The notes beneath the pieces were generated by a model. That model searched no databases. It saw only the letters and a list, made by a program, of their open reading frames with translations, and was not told the DNA's origin. From Lama glama (taxonomy: Eukaryota): a stretch of 64,000 bases of DNA. Below are positions 15,801-44,129 of this stretch, in pieces. The stretch spans positions 5,518,001 through 5,582,000 of the forward strand of contig CM052851.1 of assembly GCA_028534125.1 (NCBI GenBank), given 5' to 3'. A program made the translations under genes and the position numbers. The number at the start of each line of letters is the position of its first letter. Positions within the stretch are counted from its first letter, which is position 1.

Positions 15801-18164
15801 GCCTGCCAGGCACAGCAACAGGGTCCAGCAGGGAGCGGAAGGGTGCCGTCTGTCTGCCCCAGAGCTGGCATCACCAGCAGGCGGCGGGTGTCGCGCCTCC
15901 CACCCCCCAGGCTGCCTGGCGCTGATTCAGCCCCATGGAACAAACAATCCCCCACGGTGACAGCTGACACACGTCACTCACCACCAGGGTTGCCTAGTGA
16001 CCAGGGCCCCGGCTCAGGGTCTGTGGTGGGATCTAGGGTCTTGCCTGTGAAGGTTCTAGTTCTTACCAATTTGCATTGAGGACCACACCGCCTCTCCTCA
16101 CCTGCACACCCCTTGGCAAGCCTTGCTCAAGGCACTCTGATGTATATACAAACCTACTTCACCAGTAAGGAAACAAACTCAGGACAATAGACTTACTACG
16201 ATTGTCCAGCTAAACAGCTGAGTGAACACAGTGCCTGACATACAGTAGGTGCTCAATAAATTTTTTTTTTGGAGAAAGCTTGGGCACTTTCTCCCAGGCT
16301 GGGAGCCCCACAAGGGCAAAGCCTGAGTCTTATCCATCCTTGATTCCCCCAAACCCATCCAGAGCCTGGTTCTCGGGAGCACTGATTCAGGTGTGTTGGA
16401 TGGAGAACTGCTCTGAGGATCCCCTGAGGACAAGGAAACCCCCACTAGAGACTGTTGGAGGCCTCTGAGTAGGAAGGGGCCCAGAAAGGGACTTCCTGAA
16501 TTCCAGGAGGCTTTCTCCCAGGAGCTAGTTAGCTTTGTGTTCCCAGCCTGTGACCCTAAATTCCTTCCAGCTCTCAGGACTCCAGCCCTCATGCCACCAC
16601 CCCACAGGATTGTCCAAGGCCATGGGATAAGCTAGGAGGCTCAGGGAGATCCAGATGGACCCAGGGGAGATGAAAAGTGGGAAAGAGAAACAGAAGGGAG
16701 GAGAGAAAAGAAAAAGCAACTGAGAGAGAGAAAGAGAGAGAGAGGCAAAGCCAGGGAGAGAGAGAGCTGGAGATGGGGCGTATGTGCTTGAAGGTACCTG
16801 TGGGGCTCACTCCTCACACAGGAGGTGTGCAGTCAGAGTCCAGGGAATCCTGATATAAAAGAAACAGGCAATGGAAGGACATCAGGGGATGACAAAGGGA
16901 GAGATTGGTCAAGAGCCAGGAAGGACCACAGAGCAGGCAGGCAGTTGGTCCCAGGAAGAGTGAGAAAGTGGGGAGACCAAGAAAGAAGCAGGTAAGGCAA
17001 TGGAGAGAAAGAAGTAAGAGGGTATGAAGAGAGCAGGAGGGAGATCATGGGATGATCAGGAAGGTGTGTGCTGGATGTACAAGCAGAGGATGCTGAGCTG
17101 AGTGGACCAGGACCAAGATGAACAGGCCATGTGGAGGGGATCGGGGTGGTGGCTGAAACCCCAATATAGAAGAAATGTCAGTAAAGGGGGGCCAAAGGCC
17201 CCAAACAATGAGCTGGAGGCTGATGATAGTTCTGTAGTGAACAGAAGAGAGGCAGGCAGGGGGACCACTGAGGAGAGGGCCCCAGAGAATGGGAAAGAGG
17301 GACCCTCTCTAAGGGCAGGCAATCAGGATAAGGGATAAATGGATATTTTGAAGAACCAGGTGTGAGACAAGGCTAGAGTGAGGAAACAGAAGACAAAGGG
17401 GAAAGTGGGGGCAGGAAGAGGAGGGAAGCTGGTGGGGAGGAAACCTAGTGGGGGGAAGCCCTGACAGGAGGGGGCAGGGAAACCCAAGGTGAACTGGTGG
17501 TAGGCTGCTTACAGCCAGTCGCTGATGGGTCGGCGCGCGGGGGGGTTGGGGGTGGGGGTTAATGGGCTCTACGATCCGTAGGTCCTGTAAACAGATGCAG
17601 TTGCCATAGCAACCGGCTCCATCACTCCGGCTGGAAAAACCCACGGTGGGGGGGGGGGTGGCGAGCAGACAGACAAACTGCCCGACAGACAAACGGGGGT
17701 GATTGGATTCGGGGGGAGTAGCAAGAGGGAAAGAGCAAGGATCCCAGAATTCCTCCCCACACCCCAAGGCTTCATGGGGCAGGGGAAGGGGGTCAGGGAC
17801 CGACTGACATACCCACAGACAGGCGGGGGCGGTGGAGGAAGGGGGGCCCCCGGGAAGGAAGCCGATGATGGGGGCTGTTGATGGGGCGAACAGAAGGCGA
17901 CCGATGGGGGATAGCAGAGAGGAGGCTCTTAAGTTTCTCCCGGCCCTGAGACCATCCGTCCGGCCCCCTCCCGCTCTGTGCAACCCCTGCCCNNNNNNNN
18001 NNNNNNNNNNNNNNNNNNNNNNNNNNNNNNNNNNNNNNNNNNNNNNNNNNNNNNNNNNNNNNNNNNNNNNNNNNNNNNNNNNNNNNNNNNNNNNNNNNNN
18101 NNNNNNNNNNNNNNNNNNNNNNNNNNNNNNNNNNNNNNNNNNNNNNNNNNNNNNNNNNNNNNNN
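12857..18164 (-). CDS. CNIH2: Cornichon family AMPA receptor auxiliary protein 2, 6 coding exons (exon 1 hidden in N-run, so the end coordinate is an upper bound)
   Basis: Exons 14147-14215 ([23 protein letters not shown]), 13677-13724 ([16 protein letters not shown]), 13326-13438, 13080-13223, 12857-12884 (MVYTLVSF*). Coding exon 1 (81 nt expected) should lie in the N-run 17993-18164, inside the CpG island. Confidence 0.95.
13820..13838 (+). promoter_or_regulatory. CTCF core motif in CNIH2 intron 2
   Basis: TGGCCGCCAGGGGGCGCCA matches the CCRSYAGRKGGCRS consensus. Confidence 0.65.
15043..15238 (-). mobile_element. MIR SINE
   Basis: cagatgag...ttaagtgacttgtccaaggccaca...ccaggattcaaaccca, the reverse MIR core. 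Confidence 0.7.
17600..17613. promoter_or_regulatory. RFX X-box (near-perfect palindrome) in CNIH2 intron 1
   Basis: GTTGCCATAGCAAC. Confidence 0.65.
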
Positions 18165-18550
18165 CGCCCCCCACCCGGCCCGGGCTTAGGGCCGGCCGTG
18201 CATGGCCCGCAGGGCTCGGGCGCGGGCTCGGGAGACGCGGGCGGCGCGGCCGGGATCGGGGCCGCGGGGCCGTGGGGCGCGCGGGGCGCGGGCCGGTGGG
18301 CTCGGGGGGCGCGACCGCTGCTGGCTGCCCCGGCCCCGATCGCTCATCCTGCGATCCCTCGCCCGCGGCTCTCTCTCTCCAGCCCGCGAAGCCCGCGGGG
18401 CGGAGCCGGGGGCGGGGCCGCCGTGCGAGCGGCCTTGGGCGGGGCTGGGTCTCTGTGCGCCCCTCCGCCTGCCGGCCCGGGTGCCACCCCCGCCCCAACC
18501 TCAGGGACACGTAAGCATGGACGCATATTCCTGGCATTACCCTCCCCACC
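17900..18550 (-). promoter_or_regulatory. CpG island / promoter and 5' leader of CNIH2
   Basis: Very high CpG density and GGGGCGGGG boxes flanking the N-run that hides exon 1. Confidence 0.75.
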
Positions 18551-19161
18551 CCCGGCCCCTCACCCTCCCACTGCATAACACAACGCACCCATCACAATCA
18601 CACTCGGTCTACTAAGACGGGCACACACCCCTGCCCTTATACACTGGCTATGGAGGTTGGACCGAGGTCCCACGGGTAAAGCACTTGTCACCACCCAAGG
18701 GGGTACAGACACCTGGCTTGAACCCTGAATGAGACCGGGAGAGGTGGCTGAGCCAGGGGGCTGACGGGGATGTGGGCCAGGCACCATGGGCACATTTGCA
18801 GCCCCGCGGCGCCTCTAGCCGCGGCCCAACTCCACGTCCTGGGTCTGTGCCGGTGTGGGTGTTTGCGGGGCTCACCAGGTACTTGCTGATGGCGGCCTGC
18901 CTTCCTTCCTGCCGGAACCGTGCTGGGCCCGTGGGGACAAACCACAGAAGCACAAGCAGGCAGCTCTCCTGGCTTCAGGAAATGGGTCAAGGATTTCCAA
19001 CAGCAACCTTAGGACACAGCCCAAGCCAGGACCCCTGTGTAGCCCACCCAGTCCAAGGCTCCAGCCCTCCACTCCTCTCAAGGCAGCTCCCACCACAGAC
19101 CACACTCAACCACCACAACTTCCTTGCAAAAACCCTCGGCTCACCCGAGGGCCAGTGGAAA

Positions 19162-19171
19162 TTTATTTATT
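19162..19171 (-). terminator. Poly(A) signal(s) AATAAA of RAB1B
   Basis: Overlapping tttatttatt on + about 1.2 kb downstream of the RAB1B stop. Confidence 0.75.
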
Positions 19172-20379
19172 TTTTTGTCCTTTCCATCTCTCCCCAAGTG
19201 GCTTTTCCTTGCAAAATGCCTGACACGACACCAGAGGGGATCCTGGGGTTGGGGGGGCACCCCAGGGACTTAAATACAAGCTGGAGGGCAGGGCACGGGT
19301 GGGACAGGCAAGAGACAGCACAGGTACATGGCTTCTCAGGTAGAGACCAGAGGTTTGTTTTTCTGCAGGAAGAAGCTGTGTCAGAGGGCAGGGGGCTAGG
19401 ATCCCAGGTGAGAGGGGGTAAGTGGAGAGGCCCCCCCCCAACCCTGGGATGCACCCGCATTCCCAGAGAAGTAGCGACAGGCAATGAGGATCTGCCCTCA
19501 CAGGCTCCAAGGGACGGAAGGGGGAGAATAAGTCAGATGTGCTGCCTCAGGGACAGGGAAGAGGTGCCGGCAGAGTGAGGGTTAAGGCTGATGCCCAGCC
19601 TCTGGCACGGTGGGCCTTCCGCCTCCGCCTGCCTTGGGGACAAAGGGGCATGGTGGGCAGGCAGCACATGGGCCTGGCTCTGGCAGGGCAGGGAGTGGCA
19701 GGAGCAGGCTTCCTCTGGGCTCAAGACACAGGCCCAGCACGGCTGCCCACCCACCTGCCCTAGATGTGCTCGGACCCCACCGCAGCTGGACGGCTAGAGG
19801 GGTGAGTGTGGGAAGGGTGGGAAGGAGGCAGAGAGGAGAGGAAGTGGGCTGCTGGGCCCCTGTGGCCCCACGCCCGTCCTGAGGTCCAGCCCAGGGCCCT
19901 GGATCCCAGGCCCTGGATGCCCTGGTCCCATTCCTGGCCCCATGCACTGACTGCAGCCAGGGGCAGTAGAGGCCAGGGAGGCCCATGGCTCTTGGGGAAG
20001 GGGTGTGCAGGGAAGAGAAGGGAGAGGGTAAGGAGAGAAATCCACTGCAGCATACATGGGGGACAGGGGAGGGAGACAGAGGAGCCCTCATCCCAAAGAA
20101 AGGTGTGTGGTGGGGTATTGTTTAAAGTCACCTAGAGGCAGCAGCAGAGCAAGCCCACACCCCTACCCCAGCCGCAGGTCCTGGGTGTCCTCCCTTGGGG
20201 GTCCTGACAGAACCAGAGCTTAGGGTGGCAGGCAGATGGGCCAGAGGGAGATGGGAAGCCCAGGACACCCCAAAGCCACAGATTCAAATGCCCCAGCATA
20301 GGGAGGCACCTCTTGCCCCCCTCTCCAGGGGCATCATCTGGAGAAGGTGCCCCCTCCTGTCCCACCCCACAAGCCCCTC

Positions 20380-26334
<5,955 letters not shown>

Positions 26335-27170
26335 GGCGGCGGCGGCGGCCCGCTCGGTTGCTCCCAGTCGGCTCTGCTCCGCCTCCCGTTCCAAGATGGT
26401 GGCAGCTCCGCCCCAGAGGCCACGCCCGCCACGCGCAGACGCAAACACCGCCGACTGGGGCTTCGTCGCGTTGCTTCTCGGAACTTGTAGTCTCCTTGCA
26501 TTGTCCGGTTCACCCACCACTGCGCAGGCGTACACCCGAGTGCCTGAGCTGCGGGGCCCACGCCGCATCATCGCCGCGCATTGCCTTCTGGAGCTTGTAG
26601 TTCGCTCCCTAGAAATACCTGGGCTTGAGGACCGCGCTCCGGAGCCTGACGGCGTCCCGGACTTGGAAGCTCAGTTTAGTGCTGGGGTTGACACGCTTCA
26701 CGTCTGTCTGACAGAGGCATTCATACTAACCCTCCCTGCTCCCGGAATTGTGAGCATTAGTAAAAGTTTATTTATCCAGGGTCCTTGGTGTGCTGGCGCT
26801 CCTAACTCCCAGCCGCAACCCCAGGAAGGTGTCAACCACGGTTTATAGACGAAAAGATCGAGTCTCGGTAACTCGCTCAAGGTCAGACAGCTTGGTACGG
26901 AGCAAAGCTCAACTAAAGCCTGCGGTCTCTAGAACCTCAGAGATGAGGTTGTTAGAAAAAAACATCCTGACCCTTTGGGCGCCCAAACAATCCCAGGATG
27001 GGAGAAGCCCATCTGGGCTCAGCTGCGCGGGACCAGACATGAGCGAGACACACACACCGCCCCCACTCACTCGCAGCCTCTCCTGACCCCAACCCCAACC
27101 TAGAGACCTACAGACGCTAGGAGCCTTCCGCCTCCGTCCCAAAACAAGCCCAGCTCAGAGTCAAACCGTC

Positions 27171-27176
27171 TTTATT
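27171..27176 (-). terminator. Poly(A) signal AATAAA of KLC2
   Basis: tttatt on + about 850 nt downstream of the KLC2 stop. Confidence 0.75.
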
Positions 27177-28024
27177 TCTACAGCAACATCTGAAAATAGA
27201 GAGCGGCCGCCTCGCCCCCCACCCCTAACTGGGGCAGCCCCTCCTGCTACAGGGGGCCTTCACTGCCCCTCGCAAGTAGCTGCAGGCGTGGGAAGAGACG
27301 TGGCAGGACGGCTCTGAGGGCGGTGCCCGGGGCGGGGTCAGGCCGTGCCTGGTGGGAGGGGCAGTGCATAAGGCCGGGCTGTGGGGCAGGGCCCGGAGGT
27401 GAGAGGACGGGCAAGGGGCAGGCTCTCCGTCCTGGGGCACAGGGCGATGGCGGGGCAGGGCGCTCAGAGACCGGGAGGAACCCTTTGGGGAGGCGCCGCC
27501 CCGGGAAATGTGGAGCCTGGGAGATACCACCGCGCGGAATGGGGGTGATTAAGGCCTGGGCGGTACCACTAGAGAAGGGCGGGGTGAGGGGAGGCCCGGA
27601 TAGTACCGAGGACTGAGGGGAGGGGTGCGGCCAATAACTTATTTCTCTATATACAGATGCAACGGCCTGGGGAGGGCAGGAGTGCTGAAGGGACCTTAGG
27701 TGCTTAGTGTTCTTGGCTCCCGGGTCTGCGGAGGGCGGGCCACTGAGTCTCTACCTGGGAGACACTGGTCAGCCCCTCCTGCTGGCCCTGAACCTATGGA
27801 AGAGGGGCCCTGCTGGAAGGAATAAATAAGGGGTAGAACTGGAGCGGGCAGGCCCAGCCTCCAGCGCTCAGGCTGAGATGACAAGGGAGGAGGTTACCCT
27901 GAGATTGAACAGAAAAGACAGGGGTCCTTGGGAGACACAAGAGGGGCAAGCAGCAGGCCCATGCGCAGGGCTGGGGTGGGGACAGTGCCCGGTGGAGGCT
28001 CTGGTGACGGGCTGCCCTTCAGGA

Positions 28025-37230
<9,206 letters not shown>

Positions 37231-40200
37231 TTTACTGACATTTTTTGAGATAGTTGCTACTTTCTGAGAGTTTACTATGTGCCAGGCGCTTGGATGCCTG
37301 AAGTGCTTTAACTCATTTAATGCTTACAAAGACCGAATAAAGAGGGCACTGCTGTTGTCCGAATCTCCCAGATCAGACCCCAGATTCATTTGCCTCTAGA
37401 GACTGGTTATGCCCCACCCAGCTATTTCGGAGCTGTCCTCCTCCTGTAGGGGATTCGTGGCATCTTAGGGCTACTTCTTGGGGAGAAGGGACGGAGGCTT
37501 CTGGCCTTAAGGGAGAAAAGGGGGCCAAAGGGCAACCAGGCATAGGCTGAAACAGACCCATGACCCTGTGGGTGAACCACAACGTATACTCTTGGTCGGA
37601 TGATCAAGACAAGGTGATGATGTTATTTGGAGCTCAGATGAGATGTCTCCCTCAGAGAGCACTTCCTTGATTCCCAGCCCCTATGTAGAGCAGCCCTCCA
37701 GCCCATCACATGCACCCATTCAATTCTCTCTGTAGCATTTATTGCTTCTAACATTTTCTTTGTCAGTTTCTTTCTCCTCCCCAGAATGCAGGCCAAGATC
37801 TGCCTATCTTGTTCACCTCAGAGTAGCTCCTGGCCAGCCACATAGCAGCACTCAGTAAATGTTGGTTTTTAAAGAAGGCAGAAGGGTGCACCTGCTGGCC
37901 CAGGTTTTGATCTGGTGCTCTGCAGCCCTGGGTTGCTGGCTACCCTGGTCCTGCTTCCACTGCTTCCAGGTCAACATCCTAGTGGGTAACAGCAGGATAA
38001 CCACCCTGAGAGACAAAACCTGCCTGGCACTTGTATCCAAGTATCTGGGGAATTCCTCATGAGTCGGGCTGGGTTCAGACTCAGACTCTACCAGGTTCAG
38101 TGTCCTGGTGGATATGAGAATCCTCTCGGTGTCATCTCTGACAGAGAGATGGTCCAGCATCCCCTCAGCTCAAGTACGTCCTGTGACACAGAGCTCACTT
38201 CATTCTGCTGTGAGATGGCTCTAAATGTTAGCAAGTTTTTCCTTAGATAGCCCCAAAGTACCTGCCTGCAGTGCTCAACCACACCAAACTGAAGCTGTGT
38301 CCCCAGGAAAGATAGTCCACTCCCTTTTGCCAATGAAGATATTTGGAGACAGTGATGGTCCCCTGCCGCTCCCCACCCACCCAGTGTTCCCCCTACCTGG
38401 GCTGGCAATCCTGGTCCCTTCACCCACTCCTGTGCAGTTTCCTGACCCTTCCCCCTCCCAATTCCTCTTTTCTGGGTGTGGTTTAGCACGTCAGTCCAGA
38501 CACTGCCTCAGGATGTGGTGCTCAGTCCAGGGCCCAGGAATTCAGGCAGGGAATGAACGGCACAGATCACAGAGGGACAGTCTTCCCCCCTAAGAAGCAC
38601 ACCACCTGTCCACCGTGAAGCCGAAAGTCAGGCTGACTTTGACAGCCACCACACTGAATCTGCACAGGGTAAGCTTGTCAGCTAAAACCCTAGATTGCAT
38701 GCATCCCAGTTATATCCAGCCAGGTTCTATTCCCTGATCTTATGCTTCTGCCAGTGATTTTTTTCCCAGTGATTTTTAAAGGTAGTTTATACATTCATAT
38801 GATGCAAAATTCAAAAGGCATATGCAAGTTACGGTGAAATGTGGTTCTCTCTCACTGACCGCGGTCCTCAGTCGTGCAGCTCCCCTTCCTGGAAGCACTT
38901 GCTGTTACCTATTTCTTGTGTCCATTGATTATGTTGTTTGCATCAGAGCAGAGCTTGTCTTTATCCTTGTCAGTTTCGCTGGGTCAGTTTTCCTCCAGGG
39001 CCCTGAAGGTTAGCGTCTTTTGCATTCAGGGTCTGTCATCTAGCCTGCACGTCAGCCCTGTCTCCCAGAGTCACACTGGCTGCAATGTGATAAGCCAGCC
39101 TCTGTGCAGAGACTCCATCAGACCATCACTGCACTCCCAGCTCGCTGGCAAGTTCATGGGGAGGAAATGGAGTCTGGAAATCCAGTATTCTTAACAATCT
39201 GGGTTTCGGAATCAAGCTCTTGAGAAGGAACTTTGTTAGAAGGCCTCCTGCTAGAGATTGGAATTCAGTGGTGCCAGGGCGGGTCTTGGGCCTCTCTTAC
39301 TATTTTAAAACTTACGTGGTGCCTGTGATGTGCACCCTGGGTTGAAAGCCATTGCTTCAATGTCTTTGTTTTCAAGGTAAGGAAAGTGAGGCCCAAAGAG
39401 GGGAGGCAGCTGCATGAGGTGACCACTGTGTCCTTCTTTAATCTACAGTCCAGGCCATTTTGTCCCAGCATGGAAGGGGAAACTGACCACACAGAGTAGA
39501 GGTCACAAGAACCGAGGTCAAGTTGCTTGTTCACAGCCACAGGAAGCCCAGTCCCACACACCCTTAACACACGGCCTCAGAGGCACTGAATGCCTGTGCC
39601 ACATGCACACCTCCACGTGTGTGGGTTTACAGGCCCATGTACCCAGGTACCACACCTACCCAGGTGCAAACACACCCACACCTGAGTCTTTCTCCTCTTG
39701 CACTTTTTCTCCATCTAATAAAGGAGCACATTCCTTTTATCACCTTTTTCTGGGTAAATGGAAAGAACATTTTTCAGTCTCCCTTTGTGACTTTTGCTGG
39801 GTTTTTGCTCCAGCCTTTCTGCTAGATCTCTGCAGGCTGCCATGGTTTCTTTGTGGTTCTCTTTAGGCATCTCGCCCTGCTCCTCCCTGCGTGCCGGGTG
39901 GAGGGAAGGCTGGCTTCCCTGCCGGGTTCTCTGGCTCTTATCTTGCTTTCAGTTCATAACCTTGCATGTGTTCAATCTTTGCAGCCACTCAGCTTTTTAT
40001 CTTGTCTCTGAGGATTATACTGTGCGTTCCCCAAGGAAAGGGACTGTTACTTCGCCCTGCTCTGTTCTGTGCTCCCCTCACCACTGCTGGTCTGGTGTCA
40101 GGCTGCCGCTGGGTGCTCAGTTAATGGGGAGGAGAGGAAGGAGTCCATGCCCGATGGTGATTCAGCTCCTTATGCCATCTTCCACAGAGCTCATCAGCTT

Positions 40201-41239
40201 GCCCCCACCCTCCCCCCAAACCCATGTCTGGGATAGTTGTTCTTGCTACTTTGAATATTGTTCTCTGCCTGAAAATCACTCCCACTGCTCCCACCCCTTT
40301 TCCTTGGATCCCTGGATGCACTCATCCCACTGAAATCTGCTTTCTTAAGTGAATCTTTTTCCTTTGGCTAGCTTCATTCCTTTTCTTTGAAGGAGTGGTG
40401 GGGGTGCATTTTTGCCAAGCGTATCATTCCCTTTGAAAGGTCAGCGGATTCATCCCGAAGGGCTCAAGTTTGGAGGTTCCTTAAAGACCATGTCTCCCCC
40501 ACGTGGTGGGCAGCTCATCACTTCCTGAGGGGCCTGGTCTCCCGTGGACACCTCTGGTTGACAGTTTTTCTGCCATTGAGCCAAGAATCAAGCTCCCCTG
40601 AGAGTCCTGGTTTCTGTCCTGGCAGCCACATGGTAAATCTGCACCCTACTTTCCTTGTGGCCTCCCAGCCAGATCAGAGGGGTCCCTGTCCTGCTCAGCT
40701 GGAGGCACAAGGGCTTTGAGGGACAGTCTCAGCCAAGTTCAGAGCCATGTTTCTCCATTTGGCAGCTGGGGAGCTTTCTGCATGCACTCTTACTTCCTCC
40801 ATTTCTTCATCTGTAAAATGAAGTTCCTAATACCTACCTCGTTGAGTCCTCGAGAGAATGGAACAAAATAGCAGACTTAAGATCTTAACATTACACCTTG
40901 TACATCGCAGACACTCTTACTAGTAGTTATTTATCATCATCATCAAGCTTACTAGTTGACAGACCGGGTGCTAGTGAATGAAGAGCAAAGAAAAAAAACG
41001 AAATATAGGGCAGTCTATGCTTACGGTGTCATTGGAGAGAAAATGCATTCAGAATGAAAGTGAGCAACAAATGAGGAGGCAAAAAGAAAGGTGAGTCTGA
41101 ATGTAACAGGTGCTAAGATGTTTGGTGCTGGCAATAGGTGCGGCACATGGTCTGGAAAGAGAAAGCTCAGCCTGGCTGGGAGTGATCTCACCCTCTCCCT
41201 GGGGTCGGCTCTTCTATAGTTAGGGATGCCCAGCTCCTC

Positions 41240-42140
41240 ATCCAGTCCAGAGAACTGCCCTGAGCTCCATCCAGACCTACATATTCAACTCCAGCTGGAC
41301 GCCTACCTCTGAAGAGCACACCACCCCCCTTTGCCCTAAACCCACCATCTTCCACCCGGATCTCCTCCAGCGATGCTCCACCATCTGCCCATTCACCCAA
41401 GGGGGGCCAGTCCCCACCTTCAACTCTCTCTCCTTCAATCCTGTTTTCTAACCAGTTACCTGCGCCTGTTGATTCTGCCTCTTAAAAAGGACTCAAGTCT
41501 CCACTTTCTTCCACCTCTTCTACCCTTAGCCTATGTCTTCATCACATCCTGTCTAAGTTACTGTAACACCCTTTGAACTCTTCTGGTCTTCAGTCTTATT
41601 TCTTCCAGCATGTTGTAGCAAAGTGATCTTTCTAAGTTCCATCATCTCACCTTTCTACCTGAAACCGTTGATTGGCTCCCATTGCTCTCAGGGTGAAGCA
41701 CACAGCACGGAGCAGTAGTACTATCTGCAAGCTCCTCAGTGCCCCGACCGCTTCTCTCCTGGCCTGTCACCCACCATTCCACTCGCCATTGTTTTTTAGC
41801 CACACCGTAACCACGTGTGAGTCTCAGAATAGGCCAGACTCTCTCTTATCTCTAGTTTTCGCTGCTTCCCGTAACAGAACATCCGTCACGTCAGGCATCT
41901 TTTGCTCAGACATCATCTCCTTTGAGACATCTTCTTGGACACCCATTCCAGGCTGCCCCTCCTGTGTGCTCCCAAGCAAACTTTCATGCCGTGTGGCAAT
42001 TGTCTATTTGTCTGTCTCCCTGACTAGGCTCAGAGTTTCCATATAGGTAAGGACACAGCCCTGTATTCATCCACGTGTCATCACACCTAGGACAGGAACT
42101 GGCCCAGAGCAGGAACTTAATACACTAGGGCGGCTGGATG
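41240..42140 (+). mobile_element. LINE-2 fragment
   Basis: Degenerate L2 motifs (tccagacctacatattcaact, ggctcccattgctctcagg, cctaggacaggaactggc). Boundaries are approximate. Confidence 0.45.
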
Positions 42141-43239
42141 ATTGGGAAGTCGGGATGTGAGTAGGACCTTGAGAGATGGTCTGGAGTCTGATGACCTAAG
42201 TTAGAGATTTGGCTCAGTCTGTGTGTGTTGGTCAAGGTTGGGCTCACCCCAGCTCACCCCTTTGTCTAGTCTTTGAGCGTTTGCCATATGCCCACGTGAT
42301 GGGGGTTGAGGCACAGCCATTAGGCAGCCCCTGTGCCTGCCCTCCTGGAGCTCATACTAACCTGGTAAAGACGTTTCCTGCAGGTGACAGCGGACGTCCC
42401 CACTGAAGAAAGGGCTGAGGCAGAGATCACAACAGGGTTGTGGCCAGGGTGGTTGGGAAGACTTCTCTGAGGAGGTGACATGTGGGCTACCCTCCAAAGG
42501 AAAGGGGAATGCTCTGTGGGGTGGGAGAGCAGGTAAAGTGGGGCCCCTGTGCGAGGAGGAGGGATCCAGTTACTGAAAGATCAGGTGTGGCCTGAGGGTG
42601 GTGAGCCCTGGGAGCGGGGAGGGGGGCAACTTGACGTGAAGATAGAGGGATAGCAAAGAGGTGGGGCGGGCACGCAGGCGACTGACTGGGGATTGGGTGG
42701 CTGTGCTCAACGGCATCAGGAAGCCGCTGAAGGACTCTAACCTGGGAGGGAGGTGCTCTGGGCTCACCTTGGGATCCGCGCTGGGGAGGCAGAATGGACA
42801 GCAGTTGCTGAGATGACCTGGGATGACTCGTTGGCTTCTGGCTTGAGTAATAGGATGGATGCTGATGCTACTAAGACTGTGGGGGATGGAGGGAAGTCAA
42901 GAGTTTTGTTTTGTCTGTATGAGGGTTTGAGATGCCTGGGAGCATTCAACTCAAATAAAGGAATGAGAGTTGGGAGACAAGGCTCTCTGATTTCTGGCTT
43001 CCTCCTGGGTAAAAAGGAAGTATCAGCCGAATCGATTTCCTAGAGCTGCTCTAAGGATTCAGTGAAATAAGCCCCGAGAAGCACTCTGAGCGGCCTGGCT
43101 TAAAGAAAATGCCCGCAGGTGACCTGAAAGGGCAACCCCCGCCATCCGTGCTTAGACACAGCAGTGGGTGAGGAAAAATGTAGCAGTTGCAAACACCCAC
43201 CTGAGGTCTGCTGGACACAAGAATTCTGGGTAATGAAGG

Positions 43240-43755
43240 GAAAACTCCTCACTCCCTAAGGGTGGGCTGTGCCTGGTGACTTCCTTCCAAAGAGCACAGT
43301 TTGGAAAGAGGGTGACACTGATATCACTGTCTCAGCCAGGTCATCAAGGCTCACATCGTTGGGGATGTCATGCCCTGACGATGGCATGTACTCTCTATAG
43401 GATGCACTGACAAGTCCCGATCTGGGGGCATCCTACAAAATTCCTGACCAGGGCTCCTCAAAACTGTCAGTGTCACCAAAACAGGGAAAGTCTAAGAGAA
43501 TGTCACGGTCCAAAGGACTAGACGGAGTGTGGTGCCTTGGATGGGATTCTGGAATGGAGGAAAGGCATTAGGGAAAAACTAAGGAATCTGAGTCAAATAT
43601 CGACTTTAGTTAGTCATGATCATTAGACGAACGTGGACACTGATGTAGCACGTTAACAACAGAGGCAAGTGAGTGAGGGGTGAATGGCAACTCCTGGTTC
43701 TATATTTGCAACGTTTCTGTGAATCTAAAACTATTCTAAAATAGTTTATTTAAAT
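43240..43755 (+). mobile_element. Ancient LINE-1 3' end fragment (L1MC-like)
   Basis: Motifs such as ctcctcaaaactgtca, tggatgggattctggaa and tttgcaacgtttctgtgaatctaaaactattctaaaa are typical of L1MC 3' UTRs. Confidence 0.6.
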
Positions 43756-44129
43756 TAAAGATAGAACCAGGCTGGAGTTGGTGTGTAAGGACAGCTAGGA
43801 GTTCTTCCACCTTTGGCATCAAATGCCACCCCTTCGCCTGTAGAGAATGTTTCTGTCTCTGGCAGCTCCACGGGCCGCTCGGCTCTGGTCCGGCCTTCCC
43901 CGGCGGTGACTGGCCAAGCTGTCCCCGGGGGACGTCGTCCACCTGAGCTGCCTCGCATTTCAAATCCTGGGAACCTCACCCTTCTCTCTTCTCAGATTAA
44001 GAGTCTGCCTTCCTACTCCATGCATATGAGAAAATCCAGGTGTCCTTTGGGCTGAGGCATCAAAGTGTCTGAGAGGCAAGTTGTGAATTAAGGACCTTGT
44101 AGAGTCCAGCAGCACAAAGGCTTCTCGTT

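Noticed and set aside
18772-19578. 268-aa + strand ORF between CNIH2 and RAB1B
   Set aside because: Overlaps the RAB1B 3' UTR in antisense, with no homology I recognise and no supporting splice or poly(A) structure.
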